Below are positions 9,269-19,945 of a stretch of 64,000 bases of DNA, piece by piece; the stretch's first letter is position 1, and each line of letters begins with the position of its first letter. The DNA is from Candidatus Latescibacterota bacterium (GTDB lineage: Bacteria; Latescibacterota; UBA2968; SICM01), in the NCBI GenBank assembly GCA_965217865.1, contig CBDCJO010000002.1, positions 1,600,001 to 1,664,000 of the forward strand, in the 5' to 3' direction. Both the position numbers and the translations under genes were made by a program. Below the pieces are notes generated by a model. That model did no database searches, had not been told where the DNA came from, and saw only the letters and a program-made list of their open reading frames with translations.

Positions 9269-9670
9269 TTACGGCGACAGGTCGAGCCGTGGTTTCAGTT
9301 TTCGGTCGAAGGTGTCCACCTTGCCGCATTCGACATCCTCTGCGAAACGCCGACAGGCGTCCATCTGTTCACAAAGCTCTTCTACGTCGACCCCCAGGTA
9401 GGGGGACGGGCATGCACTAAGCTTTTCGTGTGCCTTACGGAGTAGCGTCTTGAGGCCATGCATGTTGTCCCGGTCCATATGATGGCATGCCGCGGCAAGC
9501 TGAATGATGCCGTGGTAAAAACGTCTTCGAACCCTATCCCGCTCGTCTCGCCATGCATCTTCCAGAGCTTCGTGGGCATCCCAATGGCGACCTTCCCGGT
9601 AGAGGGCGATCGATTTCAACAAAGCGGACGGGAGATTTTTCATCCTCACGAAATGTTGGTCGTTGGTCAA
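9269..9670 (-). CDS. DUF309-family protein
   Basis: WDAHEALEDAW, GIIQLAAACHH, YLGVDV. Confidence 0.85.
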   Translation of the reverse strand: MTNDQHFVRMKNLPSALLKSIALYREGRHWDAHEALEDAWRDERDRVRRRFYHGIIQLAAACHHMDRDNMHGLKTLLRKAHEKLSACPSPYLGVDVEELCEQMDACRRFAEDVECGKVDTFDRKLKPRLDLSP

Positions 9671-9836
9671 ATCAACTCAGTCGGTCAAATATAACCAAAC
9701 CGCAAAGGAGGATCAAGCCGCTGAAAGCAACAGGGACGAATTTACGTTGCTCCTCCCGATGGTATTGAATATATTTGCGAACGATCGATGATTAACAAAC
9801 GTTGAAGAGAAGATCAAATCCGGCGGAGCGGTCGGC

Positions 9837-11129
9837 ATGGATCATACATTGGGAATCGGTCTCCTGGGGCTCGGAAATGTTGGAGGCGGCGTCGCACGTC
9901 TCCTCATTGAAGGGCGTGAAAGACTTAGGGATCGCCTGGGTATCCATCTGGAGATCGTCAAAGCTGGCGTGCGAGATACCTCAAAACCGCGGCGGATCGC
10001 CCTTCCCCAATCGGTTCTGACGACGGACATGGATTCGGTTGTAGACGATCCGGGCATACAGATCGTGGCAGAGCAGATCGGCGGGATCGAACCGGCCAGA
10101 ACACTTCTGCTTCGGGCAATTGAAAATGGGAAGGATATCGTGACCGCGAACAAGGCGCTTATCGCGGAATTCGGGGATGAACTGTTTCGCGCAGCTGAGG
10201 GGAACGGTGTGGACTTATTGTTCGAGGCCAGCGTATGCGGGGGCATCCCGATCGTGCGGTCTTTGACTCGGGGCCTGGCGGCCAATCGGATCGAATCTTT
10301 ATACGGCATTCTGAACGGGACGACGAATTATATTCTTACAAAGATGACAGAGGAGAACAGGGCTTTCGAGGAGGTCCTCAAGCAGGCCCAGGATCAAGGA
10401 TTTGCAGAGCCTGACCCGACATTCGATGTGGATGGGACGGATGCGGCTCAAAAATTGGCGATCCTGTCCCGAGTCGCCTTCGGATCGGCGGTCCGGGTGG
10501 AGCAGGTCTACAAAGAGGGGATTGACAGGATCGACGCCCAGGATATCGATTTCGCGAGAGAGCTGGGTTACACGGTGAAGTTGCTGGCAGTGGCAAAATT
10601 GAGTGAGGGCAAGCTGGAAGCAAGGGTGCATCCGACGATGATAGAGTCGTCGTCCCTCCTGGCCAACATTAGAAACGAGTTTAATGCGGTGGAGGTCGAG
10701 GGAGATGCTGTTGGGACCCAGGTTTTCTATGGGCGGGGGGCCGGGGAGATGCCAACTGCCAGCGCCTCGGTGTCGGATGTCATAGAATTGGCGGTCCGGC
10801 GTTGCGGAGGTGGCCGACGGATGGAGACGGTATGGCCGTTCGAGGATCGGTTTCCAATGGTGCCGATGGAAGAGATCGTTTCGAGTTATTATATGAGATT
10901 TCTTGTGGTTGATCAACCCGGTGTGCTGGCCGAGATCGCCCGAATTCTCGCGGTGGAAGAGATCAGCATCGAGTCTGTTATTCAACACGGACGATCCGCC
11001 GACACCGTACCCCTGATTATCATGACCCACCAGGCCCAGGAATCGGCGATGCGAGAGGCTGTCGCTGAGATCGATCGACTATCCCTCGTAAAAGAGCCTA
11101 CCCACGTTATCAGGGTTGAGAGACCGTGA
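9837..11129 (+). CDS. hom: Homoserine dehydrogenase (with C-terminal ACT domain)
   Basis: GLGNVG, VTANK, FEASVCGGIP, GILNGTTNYIL, GRGAG. Confidence 0.95.
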   Translation: MDHTLGIGLLGLGNVGGGVARLLIEGRERLRDRLGIHLEIVKAGVRDTSKPRRIALPQSVLTTDMDSVVDDPGIQIVAEQIGGIEPARTLLLRAIENGKDIVTANKALIAEFGDELFRAAEGNGVDLLFEASVCGGIPIVRSLTRGLAANRIESLYGILNGTTNYILTKMTEENRAFEEVLKQAQDQGFAEPDPTFDVDGTDAAQKLAILSRVAFGSAVRVEQVYKEGIDRIDAQDIDFARELGYTVKLLAVAKLSEGKLEARVHPTMIESSSLLANIRNEFNAVEVEGDAVGTQVFYGRGAGEMPTASASVSDVIELAVRRCGGGRRMETVWPFEDRFPMVPMEEIVSSYYMRFLVVDQPGVLAEIARILAVEEISIESVIQHGRSADTVPLIIMTHQAQESAMREAVAEIDRLSLVKEPTHVIRVERP

Positions 11130-11443
11130 AGGAGGGGACGATGTGTGAGGAGAATATCTACCGGTTCGATGAGGGTGGGAAGGATCCCATACGAGCGATC
11201 CTGGCGGACGCCATGGAGCGGGCCGTGGGTGCGCGAAGCGAAAGGTTTCTTTTCGATGCGGCCGCTCCGGTCCTGGTCGCCAAGGCTCGAGCCAGAGACA
11301 TCCCGCAGGCCGAAGCCATGCTCACAGAGGAGGTGGGAGATGACCTGCTGGAGGCCTTCGACCTGCTCGGCGTGGATCACGACCGTGCATATGAGATGTT
11401 TCAGGCCATTTTGCGTCGTGTTCACGTCTTCCTGAACGTCTAA
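11126..11443 (+). CDS. Hypothetical protein
   Basis: Overlaps the hom stop; alternative ATG at 11141 with GGAGG RBS. Confidence 0.55.
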   Translation: MKEGTMCEENIYRFDEGGKDPIRAILADAMERAVGARSERFLFDAAAPVLVAKARARDIPQAEAMLTEEVGDDLLEAFDLLGVDHDRAYEMFQAILRRVHVFLNV

Positions 11444-11595
11444 CCCCTTCGTTGTGCAGGACACCCTACCTAATCCTCGCTGAAATAATCTCCTTTTTTC
11501 AGGATAACCCCCAAACTCAGTCCGACGTTGTAATATGCAGTTCTATATCACATCATAAAACAGGTATAAATTTATGATTTTTAAGGATTTCCCTC

Positions 11596-11622
11596 TAAAC
11601 ATCGGGTATAGTCTGCCGATGT
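11596..11622 (+). promoter_or_regulatory. sigma28 (FliA)-type promoter
   Basis: TAAA-N15-GCCGATGT. Confidence 0.55.
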
Positions 11623-11737
11623 ATTAAAACGGAACCCGAGTCGTTTTTCCCGAAAATCGAATTTCAAACAGGAAACAATGTGTCCAGATTTCGCCATCCC
11701 ATTTCTTCCCTCCCATCCCTTCAGCGTGGACAATTGA

Positions 11738-11930
11738 ATGAACAGGAAGAGCCAAAAACCTGCTTCGGAGCTACAGAGGGCCGATAAACAGGAGACCAGA
11801 GAGGAACGTCTGGACAGGATTAGAGCTCGTGTAAAAATCGGGTTCTACACCCGGGCGGACGTCATGAGAGACGTTGCTGACGCTTTGCTTTACGATCCTT
11901 CTGCGTTCGAAAATCTGCCTTACGCGAGGT
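11738..11930 (+). CDS. Small FlgM-like protein (ORF formally runs to 12160; 3' end uncertain)
   Basis: ERLDRIRARVKIGFY...VADALL resembles the FlgM C-terminus; terminator at 11962-11997 lies inside the formal ORF. Confidence 0.45.
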
Positions 11931-11961
11931 TTCAAATCGAGGCATCCTCGCCCTCGAGAAG

Positions 11962-11997
11962 GTCATCCTATCCCCTGGATAGGATGGCTTTTTTTTG
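11962..11997 (+). terminator. Rho-independent terminator
   Basis: GTCATCCTATCC-CCT-GGATAGGATGGC followed by a T run. Confidence 0.7.
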
Positions 11998-12029
11998 TTC
12001 TCTTGACAACCCTCTACAGGGGATTTATC

Positions 12030-12250
12030 ATGAAAATGCAAAATGCAAAAATGGAAAGTGCAAAAGTTCAGAGGTCGGAGGTCAGGGTCGGAGGAAATTG
12101 AAAATTGAATCTGAAGATCGAGGATTGGAGCGAGGCTCTAAGGACATAAGAAAGTCCTGATTTTTTAATATTCAATTCTCCGATATTCAATATTCAATGA
12201 ATAGTGGTAGGAAAAACCAAGGCAGGGGCCGGAGGTCAGAGGTCGGGGCC
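12030..12250. repeat. Heptamer tandem repeats (AAAATGC, GAGGTCR, AATATTC)
   Basis: Read directly in the sequence upstream of fumC. Confidence 0.6.
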
Positions 12251-12298
12251 TTGGACGTACGAAACAGTCCACGAGTCAAGTCGGCTTTTGGAGGTTCT

Positions 12299-13690
12299 AT
12301 GGCTAAGCGAAACGAAACCGACAGCATGGGGATGATCGAGGTGCCCGCGGACAGATATTATGGTGCCCAGACAGCGCGTTCTCGGATCCACTTTGAAATC
12401 GGTGATGAGCGGATGCCGAGGGAGTTGATCCGAGCGATGGGCATTCTGAAGAAGGCCGCTGCGCTGGTCAACGCGGAACTGGGTAGCCTCTCGGGGGATA
12501 AGGCGGACCTAATCGTCAAGGCGTCCGATGAGGTGATCGATGGAAAACTGGATGATCACTTTCCGCTCAGGGTCTGGCAGACGGGCAGTGGTACGCAGAC
12601 GAACATGAATGTTAATGAGGTGATCTCGAATCGGGCGATCGAAATGGCGGGAGGAAAGATGGGAAGCAAAACCCCGATCCATCCCAACGATCACGTCAAC
12701 TTGGCGCAATCCTCAAACGACACTTTCCCCACGGCCATGCATATCGCGGCTGCCGGCGAGATCCGAAGCCGGCTGATCCCACGTTTGACTGAACTTCGAG
12801 ACACGTTCATCGTCAAGATAGAGGATTTCAAGGATATCATAAAAATAGGACGGACGCACCTGATGGATGCGACCCCGCTCACGCTAGGCCAGGAGTTCTC
12901 GGGTTATGCAGCGCAGTTGACAAAGGGAGTGGATCGGTTAGAGGGGTGCCTCCCCAGGCTCTACGAATTGGCCCTCGGAGGCACGGCAGTGGGGACCGGG
13001 CTCAACACCCATCCTGAATTCGCTGAACTTTCAGCGGCCAAGATCGCAGAACTGACAGACCTTCCTTTCGTCTCTGCAGAGAACAAATTCGAGTCCCTGG
13101 CCGCTCATGATGCCGTGGTAGAGGCCAGTGGGATGTTGAAGACAGTCTCCTGTTCCCTGATGAAGATCGCCAATGATATCCGTTGGATGGCATCGGGCCC
13201 GCGTTGCGGGATCGGGGAGATCCTGATACCGGAGAACGAACCGGGGAGTTCAATTATGCCGGGGAAAGTTAATCCAACTCAATGCGAGGCGATGACGATG
13301 GTGGTCGCCCAAGTCATCGGAAACGACACAACCATCGCCACGTGCGGCGCATTGGGAAATTTTGAGCTCAATGTATTCAAGCCCGTGATGATTTACAACC
13401 TGCTCCAGTCGATCCGGCTCCTTTCCGATACGTGCCGATCGTTTAACCTCTATTGCGCGAAGGGCATCGAGCCCAACCGGGCCAACATCGAGAGACTTTT
13501 GAGAGGGTCCTTAATGCTCGTCACCGCACTGAATCCGCACATCGGATACGACAATGCAGCAAAAGTCGCAAGGAAGGCTCATCTGGAAAATCTTACGTTG
13601 CGAGAGGCAGCCGTGGGCTTGGGCTTTTTGACGGGTGAGGCGTTCGACCGGATCGTACGCCCGGAGGAAATGATCGGCCCCGGATCTTAG
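12299..13690 (+). CDS. fumC: Class II fumarate hydratase
   Basis: [31 protein letters not shown]; GGAGG RBS before ATG 12299. Confidence 0.96.
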   Translation: MAKRNETDSMGMIEVPADRYYGAQTARSRIHFEIGDERMPRELIRAMGILKKAAALVNAELGSLSGDKADLIVKASDEVIDGKLDDHFPLRVWQTGSGTQTNMNVNEVISNRAIEMAGGKMGSKTPIHPNDHVNLAQSSNDTFPTAMHIAAAGEIRSRLIPRLTELRDTFIVKIEDFKDIIKIGRTHLMDATPLTLGQEFSGYAAQLTKGVDRLEGCLPRLYELALGGTAVGTGLNTHPEFAELSAAKIAELTDLPFVSAENKFESLAAHDAVVEASGMLKTVSCSLMKIANDIRWMASGPRCGIGEILIPENEPGSSIMPGKVNPTQCEAMTMVVAQVIGNDTTIATCGALGNFELNVFKPVMIYNLLQSIRLLSDTCRSFNLYCAKGIEPNRANIERLLRGSLMLVTALNPHIGYDNAAKVARKAHLENLTLREAAVGLGFLTGEAFDRIVRPEEMIGPGS

Positions 13691-13834
13691 GGGGGCCAGG
13701 CTTGAAATTCTGGGCGATTTTGAATGCAGGCGTTTGGAAGGGGTTCAACAGGTGTCACCTTCGGGGGATTTTAGAGGAACGGATGTTGAAAAGCGAATGT
13801 GGAAGGATGCTTGCGTGAGGGAGTTGAATAGGAA

Positions 13835-14932
13835 TTAAGAACCTTTTTCATCGGCCATCTGTGCATAGCGGGCATATTCGAGTTTCAAGTCCTGTCGATT
13901 ATCGTCGAATTTTAAAGTGACAAACTCGGTCACGTCGGGATAATTGTTCTTGAGGATCCGAAAGGTGAGGATCAGAAGCTCCTCTTTCCTGTCGGGAGCG
14001 TGTGCATCCCAGGCCTTGGAGATCACACCGATCTCGATCTCCGACAGCTCCACCTTCTTGGTCATCCTTAAAAGGTCCGAATCCTCCAGATACCGTTTCC
14101 CGTCCAGCTTGAGTCGAACCTTTGAGAAGGTTTTCGGGTCGATCCCCAGAATCTCCTTGCGCAACATCCTCATTTTAGTCAGCGCAGGCGAAGAAACCCG
14201 CCGTTTTCTCGGCTTTTCTTCAATCCGCATGGACACGGGCAGCTTTAATGCTTCCTCTTCTAGCTCTTGCATTTTTTTCGGCTGCCAGCCATTCCTCCAG
14301 GGGTCGTCTTCAGAGATGAAGCCGTTGATAGGAAGCTTACCCTTCTGCAGGGTGATGAATTGTCCCTGCCCAACGTTGAAAACCGACACCCTTTTTCTTC
14401 CCCGATATTCCGTTTCAGTTTTAACTTCAACGATTCCCTCGTAGGCGAATACGGTTACAAGGGTATCACCCTCCGCCCTCATCCGCATGGTTGTCCCCCG
14501 AGCGATGGCCTTGGCCATCGATGACTCGAAGGCAAACATTTCGCTCTCTTTTAACCGTTTTACCCGCGCCCAGAGATTTCCGTCCTTCAGGTGGGTGTTT
14601 ACGTTCTTTCGGTCCGCCGCTTCAGAATATTGGAGGGTCAGGGTGGTGTTCTCGCCGACCCGGATGATCGATTTTGGACCCCTAAGCTGCACCTCGGCTC
14701 GAGAATCCGGCCCCGCGCGGACCATATCACCGGACACGATTTTGAAGCCCACTCTTGCCTGATGCCAATCGGTTCCGTGGGCGCCCTTAAAATCCAGGGT
14801 TCCAACGATGTAGGATACGACGGCGGTTTGCCGAAGCTCCTTCTTCTCTTCCTCCCCACAGCTCAGGAAAAGCGCTCCTCCCACCAGGGCGAAGAGACAG
14901 GAATGGATAAAGATTTTCCTGCTCATATGCAT
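13835..14932 (-). CDS. FecR-domain lipoprotein
   Basis: Lipobox-like LFLSC; GDMVRAGPDSRAEV, AIARGT, FAYEGIVEV FecR motifs. Confidence 0.65.
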   Translation of the reverse strand: MHMSRKIFIHSCLFALVGGALFLSCGEEEKKELRQTAVVSYIVGTLDFKGAHGTDWHQARVGFKIVSGDMVRAGPDSRAEVQLRGPKSIIRVGENTTLTLQYSEAADRKNVNTHLKDGNLWARVKRLKESEMFAFESSMAKAIARGTTMRMRAEGDTLVTVFAYEGIVEVKTETEYRGRKRVSVFNVGQGQFITLQKGKLPINGFISEDDPWRNGWQPKKMQELEEEALKLPVSMRIEEKPRKRRVSSPALTKMRMLRKEILGIDPKTFSKVRLKLDGKRYLEDSDLLRMTKKVELSEIEIGVISKAWDAHAPDRKEELLILTFRILKNNYPDVTEFVTLKFDDNRQDLKLEYARYAQMADEKGS

Positions 14933-14951
14933 CGATAGGTGTATTGGGCCG

Positions 14952-16424
14952 TCACGGTCGGTCCCTTCGGAAGAACTGTAGGTTGAAGGGCGTCTTGGGC
15001 ATATCTGCGATGAAAGCGGTTGTCTCTCTTTCGTAAGTTTTAAAGGGGTCTCGAAGGTTGAGGAGTTTTTCGTTTTCGAGATAGATGGAATCCCAATCGA
15101 TGATGTAGCGGACCTGATTTTCGGTCAGGGCTCGTACCACCGCAGCACGGGCGCGAGCGCGGGTGTCCTGCGGAGGATTTTTCTCAGCCTGGACAATCTG
15201 CTTGTCAGTCACCACACGTCTCATGGCCCCCCTTCTCTCCAGGTCGTAATAAAGTCCCCGATCGATGTCGATGTTGTGGTACTCCAGATCGAGACTCTGC
15301 AGCCAGGGGTCGTCCCACGAAAGGCCCTCCGCCTCCATAAAGGTCTCCAAAAGGTATTTCTTGGCCACCCAGTCGACCCGATCGGTGAGGGACATGGGAT
15401 CTCGATCCAGGTCGTCGAGGACCGTTTCCCATTCCTCGAGGATCCATTCGCCGTCCTCGTCCAGGTCGTCGAGGTGTCGCCGGGCAAGCTCCAGGTATCG
15501 ACGCTGGATATCGATGGCTGAGATGGTGCCCCCGCTGTGCCGTTCAACAAGCCAGGAGAACCCTTGGTCGTGGGATATCTTTTTAAGGGCCCAAACCGTG
15601 TCTTTTATGAGGACATCCTTGGGAAAGATTTTTTTCTCAATCAGGTTCAACACGAGGGATGTTGTACCGACCTTCAAGGCCGTCGCGTACTCCGACATGT
15701 TGGAGTCCCCCACGAGGAGGTGGAGCCGACGGTATTTGCTGTGATCGGCAAGAGGCTCGTCACGGGTATTGATAATCGCCCTGGAGAATTGGATCCATTG
15801 ATAGGTCTCCGTGACGATGTGGTCGGCCCTCTGCGAGATCTGAAAACAGATCGGATCCTGACGTTCCCGTTCATTTTGGTCATCGCGGCTATAGTAGAAA
15901 AAACTATCGTCATAACTTCCTACCCGACCGGCCCCGGAGAAGATCTGTCGGGTGGCCAGGAACGGAAGGAGCGCAGGGATCACGAGGGTTGAGAAAGGAA
16001 CGTTTCGACGGATCAGATAGTTCTCGTGACAACCGAAGGTCGCTCCGGTGAAGTGGTCGATATTGTTCTTGAAAAACGTTGCCTCCCCGTTGAGGCCGAG
16101 TTGCCGGAGAGCGGTCTGAAAGGTTCTCTCGCCGGCCTTGTCGAAGGCGACCATATCGCAAAGCCCCGAACATTCCGGGGTCGTGAATTCAATATGCCCC
16201 ATATCGATATAAACCCTGCCCGCATTGAACAGGAATCCACCGTTTCCCGGAGGCTCGTCCCGGCCCCTGTAATGGATGTCCAGGATGCCACACCGGGCCT
16301 TGTTTTCGGGGTGGAAGATATGGTTCTTCACCTTCATCGAAATGGAGTCGGGACTGATGAAACCGTCTCGGTCGGGAGCCAGGCACCCGTATTCGGTCTC
16401 AAGGCCAAAGATGCGATTTCTCAT
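14952..16424 (-). CDS. pafA: Pup/UBact-protein ligase
   Basis: RIFGLETEYG, FLFNAGRVYIDMGHIEF, GCHENYL, RAIINTRDEP, RLHLLVGDSN. Confidence 0.88.
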   Translation of the reverse strand: MRNRIFGLETEYGCLAPDRDGFISPDSISMKVKNHIFHPENKARCGILDIHYRGRDEPPGNGGFLFNAGRVYIDMGHIEFTTPECSGLCDMVAFDKAGERTFQTALRQLGLNGEATFFKNNIDHFTGATFGCHENYLIRRNVPFSTLVIPALLPFLATRQIFSGAGRVGSYDDSFFYYSRDDQNERERQDPICFQISQRADHIVTETYQWIQFSRAIINTRDEPLADHSKYRRLHLLVGDSNMSEYATALKVGTTSLVLNLIEKKIFPKDVLIKDTVWALKKISHDQGFSWLVERHSGGTISAIDIQRRYLELARRHLDDLDEDGEWILEEWETVLDDLDRDPMSLTDRVDWVAKKYLLETFMEAEGLSWDDPWLQSLDLEYHNIDIDRGLYYDLERRGAMRRVVTDKQIVQAEKNPPQDTRARARAAVVRALTENQVRYIIDWDSIYLENEKLLNLRDPFKTYERETTAFIADMPKTPFNLQFFRRDRP

Positions 16425-16451
16425 AAGCCTCTACAAAATGGTGAATCCGGT

Positions 16452-17231
16452 CTAAAGGTATTTCGACAACCCAGACCGGATCTCTTCCGAGCTCAACAGA
16501 CGAAATTTGTTTTTGCTCTTGCTGGAGCGAGTCAGAATCGCGACCTCCGGGTCACGGGCTCGGGTTTCATTCCGGATAATCTCCTGGACTTCCCCTTCGT
16601 CGATTTGGGGGGATTCGGGAATCTCTCGACCCTCTTCCTCCAATAACGCCCATTTACGGCCCACCGCCCACGTTCTCAGTGCCACGTCCATGACCTCAGC
16701 CAATCCGTTTTTATCTAATTCGGAGGATTCGAGATAAGCCCGCATCGCGGCCGCTGCATTCTCCGTGCCCGCGATGATCCCTGAACCATCCAGGTTTTCA
16801 AATGTTCCATCACAATCGATCGTGAAGAAGCGGCAAGCTTCGGAACCCCCGATCTCGGCCATCAGGAGCCTTATGATGTAGGGCGCGCGGAAAATTTCAT
16901 CAAAGGCGTTCTTAATGAGAGGCGCAATTCCAAAATTGACGAGGCGCCGTAGCGAGACGTCGGCCACGGAGTTCGTGAAACCTTCGACGTGGGCAATGTC
17001 GATCGTGGCGATCCGGAGCCTTTCGATATCCGCTGGGTGGCCCATGGCCGCGAACGCAACCCGGTCGTATACTTCGAACAGCTTGCGCTGCCCACGACCA
17101 AAGGTGAGGAGCAGCGCGCCGTCGTCGTAGGGGATTCCAACCGCAGGACTCCCGTTGCGGAGTTGATCTTCGAGATATTCCCGTCGATTTGCGACGGTCT
17201 CGACCCATCTGTAGGGTTCCTCAAGCATCAT
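16452..17231 (-). CDS. prcA: 20S proteasome alpha subunit
   Basis: RKLFEVYDRVAFAAMG; operon position. Confidence 0.85.
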   Translation of the reverse strand: MMLEEPYRWVETVANRREYLEDQLRNGSPAVGIPYDDGALLLTFGRGQRKLFEVYDRVAFAAMGHPADIERLRIATIDIAHVEGFTNSVADVSLRRLVNFGIAPLIKNAFDEIFRAPYIIRLLMAEIGGSEACRFFTIDCDGTFENLDGSGIIAGTENAAAAMRAYLESSELDKNGLAEVMDVALRTWAVGRKWALLEEEGREIPESPQIDEGEVQEIIRNETRARDPEVAILTRSSKSKNKFRLLSSEEIRSGLSKYL

Positions 17232-17275
17232 GAAATTGAAGGTCCTAAAATTTGAGGACTCAACGAAATGCCCTC

Positions 17276-18079
17276 CTACTGCGTTTTTCCTTCCACCTGT
17301 TCGTTGAAGATCCGTCCGATCTCATCTGTCGGTATATCTCGAATGCCCTCCCGGCTGATCGTTTTTACAGTGGGAAATATGGCAGCCCGCAGATCGATCC
17401 CCCCCGTGGCGGTGTCGTACTCCGCGGCCGTTTCCAGGAGACGAAGGACCAGGCCGATGGCCTCATTCAGGTCCATCGCGGCCAGTGGCTTATCGCTCCA
17501 ACGGTTCAAGTAATAGAGGCCTCCTCTGATGGCCGGGGATCCGGAGCCCGTCGTCGCAAATTCCGCGCATTCGAACTGGGCCCCGAGGGCATCGTAGAAG
17601 TAAATCTTCCCCCTGCCTTCTTCCCCATCGCTTATGTCGTATATGGCGAATATCGGGATGACTGCGCCGATTCCTTGCATGGCCAATGGCAGATTCTCCC
17701 GAACAAGCCGGGAAAGACGCCGGAGCTTACCCTCCAGACTGAGCTCCTGAAGCTGGCTTCTCCTGTAGTACTGGAAGGTGTGCTCCAGCACGCGTGCGAT
17801 TTCGTATGCGATTGCGGGTGATCCTGAGATTGCCAGGACAGAGTGGTCGTCGATTGTGAGGACTTTGTCCGCCCGGTCGTGAATGACAGCGGTTCCGGCG
17901 GTCGCCCGACGGTCTCCGGCGATCACGACCCCTTCGTCGAAACAGACAGCCAGGATGGTTGTCCCCTCAGTGGGCCGAAAGTCCTCCGACAGTGATCCTC
18001 CCGCGGGGGGGCCGACCTCCGAGCCGAGGGGATATCCATTCTGTTTGAGCAGGCTAAAAAAGTCCCCGCTGGAAGCCAT
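17276..18079 (-). CDS. prcB: 20S proteasome beta subunit
   Basis: Propeptide then EG/TTILA, AGDRRATAG, ATTGSGS, DTATGG. Confidence 0.92.
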   Translation of the reverse strand: MASSGDFFSLLKQNGYPLGSEVGPPAGGSLSEDFRPTEGTTILAVCFDEGVVIAGDRRATAGTAVIHDRADKVLTIDDHSVLAISGSPAIAYEIARVLEHTFQYYRRSQLQELSLEGKLRRLSRLVRENLPLAMQGIGAVIPIFAIYDISDGEEGRGKIYFYDALGAQFECAEFATTGSGSPAIRGGLYYLNRWSDKPLAAMDLNEAIGLVLRLLETAAEYDTATGGIDLRAAIFPTVKTISREGIRDIPTDEIGRIFNEQVEGKTQ

Positions 18080-18083
18080 GGCG

Positions 18084-18272
18084 TCACTCCCCTGTTCGTT
18101 GCCGGTATCGCCGGGACTGGTTTGGATCGACCCGACGCATCCGGCGGAGGAGATCGTTGGTCTCGGGACGTTCTACCTTCGGCCTCTTAGGCCCGCCCCC
18201 TTCGTCTTCCGGCTTTCGTTCCCAGGGTTCCGACGGGAGCGGTTTGCGATCTCGGATCTCGGTTCGGTTCAT
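18084..18272 (-). CDS. ubact: Ubiquitin-like modifier UBact
   Basis: Small disordered ORF ending LLRRMRRVDPNQSRRYRQRTGE, between dop and prcB; GGAGG RBS before ATG 18272. Confidence 0.9.
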   Translation of the reverse strand: MNRTEIRDRKPLPSEPWERKPEDEGGGPKRPKVERPETNDLLRRMRRVDPNQSRRYRQRTGE

Positions 18273-18329
18273 AGGATCCTCCAAATGATTTTCGCCCACA
18301 CAAAAGAACGTCTTGATTACGAATCGGAT

Positions 18330-19841
18330 TTATGGAAGGGCTGCCAGTAAATCTTCGAGGGAGATCGCGTCGTCCAGTACCTTATTATAACGACGGGCCA
18401 CATCCGGTTCAACGAACCTTTTGAGGTCGACGGATCGCTGGCTTCCGTTCAACCCAAAAGTGATATTGTCCCAATTGACCGATTTCACACTCCCCCCGAA
18501 ACGTTCAAGACAACGTCCTCGAAAGTATCCCCGGGTGCCTTCCGGGGGGGTGGTCATGGCCTGCTCTACATCTCGAACCCCGAGGATCCCCTCGGTTTCC
18601 CCATTAGCCTCGAGGAGACGATAGAGGCCTTTTACGGGATCGATGTTGGAGTACTCCAAATCCTGGCTCTGAAGCCAAACCAGGTGATCTCCGTTTTCCC
18701 AGGAGAGCCCCTCCGCTTCTACGAACTGGTCGATGAGCCACTTTTTCGTGACCCAGTCACAAACACCGATCAAACCCGTGGGATCGGTATCAAGATGATC
18801 GAGGATCCACCCCCATCGGGTCAGGGTCCAATCGGTTTGGGTGTCCCGACCCCTGTAACGTTTCTCCGCCCGGCTGAGGTACTCGCGCTGGACCTCGACG
18901 GCCGGCATAAGACGACCGTCTGAAAGACATACAAGCCATTTTCGTGTCTGGTCCCTCGCGATGTCCTTGACTGCGATGACGGCATCTTTAAGGGTCAGCT
19001 CAGGCAAATCGTTGTCTTCGACCAGGTCAAGGACCAGTGAGGTTGTCCCCACCTTCAGAGCCGTTATCAGATCCGACATATTGGCATCGCCCACGATTAC
19101 GTGCAGGCGACGGTATTTCCGTGAGTCAGCGTGGGGTTCATCTCGAGTGTTGATCAACGGGCGCTTGTGCATCGTATCGACACTGGCGATGGTTTCAAAG
19201 AACTCTGCCCGTTGCGATAGCTGGTAGACCCTTGCCCTGTCTCCCTGCTCTACGCCGACCTTTCCCGCACCCGCGAAGATCTGTCGGGTGACGAAAAAGG
19301 GAAGGAGGCCATAGACAATTCTGTCGAACGGCACGTCCCGCCTCATCAGGTAGTTCTCGTGGCATCCGTAGCTGTGGCCTTCAAAGTCTGTGTTGTTCTT
19401 GTAGAGTCTGACTTCCCCCTTTGCCAACATCTCGGTCCGCTTGTGGGCACACATCGCGAGGATTCGTTCACCCGCCCGGTCTTGGGCCACCAGATCGAAC
19501 AGGCTCCAGCACTCCGGAGTGGCGTATTCAGGATGCGTGTGGTCATTGTAGAGACGGGCCCCGTTGAAGATAATGAGGTCGCTCTTGAGTTCCTTAAACG
19601 GAACTTTTCGCTTTCGGTCCTTCTGGAGATGAATCTTCTCGTCATCGTCGTTCAGAAGCTGGTTCACCTCGAACCCGCGCACGTCCTTTCGAGGATTTTC
19701 GAGGGCGTAGTCCCAGATTGGGACAAAGTCGTGCTGGAGATAACAGCGGATAATCTGCATGGATTCCTCGACGACATCGACTTCCTTGACATCGTCGACG
19801 GTGATCCCGTATTCGGTTTCCAAGCCGATGAGACGATCCAT
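18330..19841 (-). CDS. dop: Dop depupylase/deamidase family
   Basis: WDYALENPRKDVRGF (Dop loop), NGARLYNDHTHPEY, SYGCHENY. Confidence 0.88.
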   Translation of the reverse strand: MDRLIGLETEYGITVDDVKEVDVVEESMQIIRCYLQHDFVPIWDYALENPRKDVRGFEVNQLLNDDDEKIHLQKDRKRKVPFKELKSDLIIFNGARLYNDHTHPEYATPECWSLFDLVAQDRAGERILAMCAHKRTEMLAKGEVRLYKNNTDFEGHSYGCHENYLMRRDVPFDRIVYGLLPFFVTRQIFAGAGKVGVEQGDRARVYQLSQRAEFFETIASVDTMHKRPLINTRDEPHADSRKYRRLHVIVGDANMSDLITALKVGTTSLVLDLVEDNDLPELTLKDAVIAVKDIARDQTRKWLVCLSDGRLMPAVEVQREYLSRAEKRYRGRDTQTDWTLTRWGWILDHLDTDPTGLIGVCDWVTKKWLIDQFVEAEGLSWENGDHLVWLQSQDLEYSNIDPVKGLYRLLEANGETEGILGVRDVEQAMTTPPEGTRGYFRGRCLERFGGSVKSVNWDNITFGLNGSQRSVDLKRFVEPDVARRYNKVLDDAISLEDLLAALP

Positions 19842-19945
19842 AAACGTTCGTTGGAGGCAGGCCTTCCAGGAAGAGGCAGGAACGAGGCCTTCCTCATCCC
19901 GTTAAGGCAATCAGAGTTGGGGTGTATTCCGATCGGAAGCGAATA

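Noticed and set aside
18084-18299. Actinobacterial Pup
   Set aside because: The C-terminus is RQRTGE (UBact type), not GGQ/GGE.
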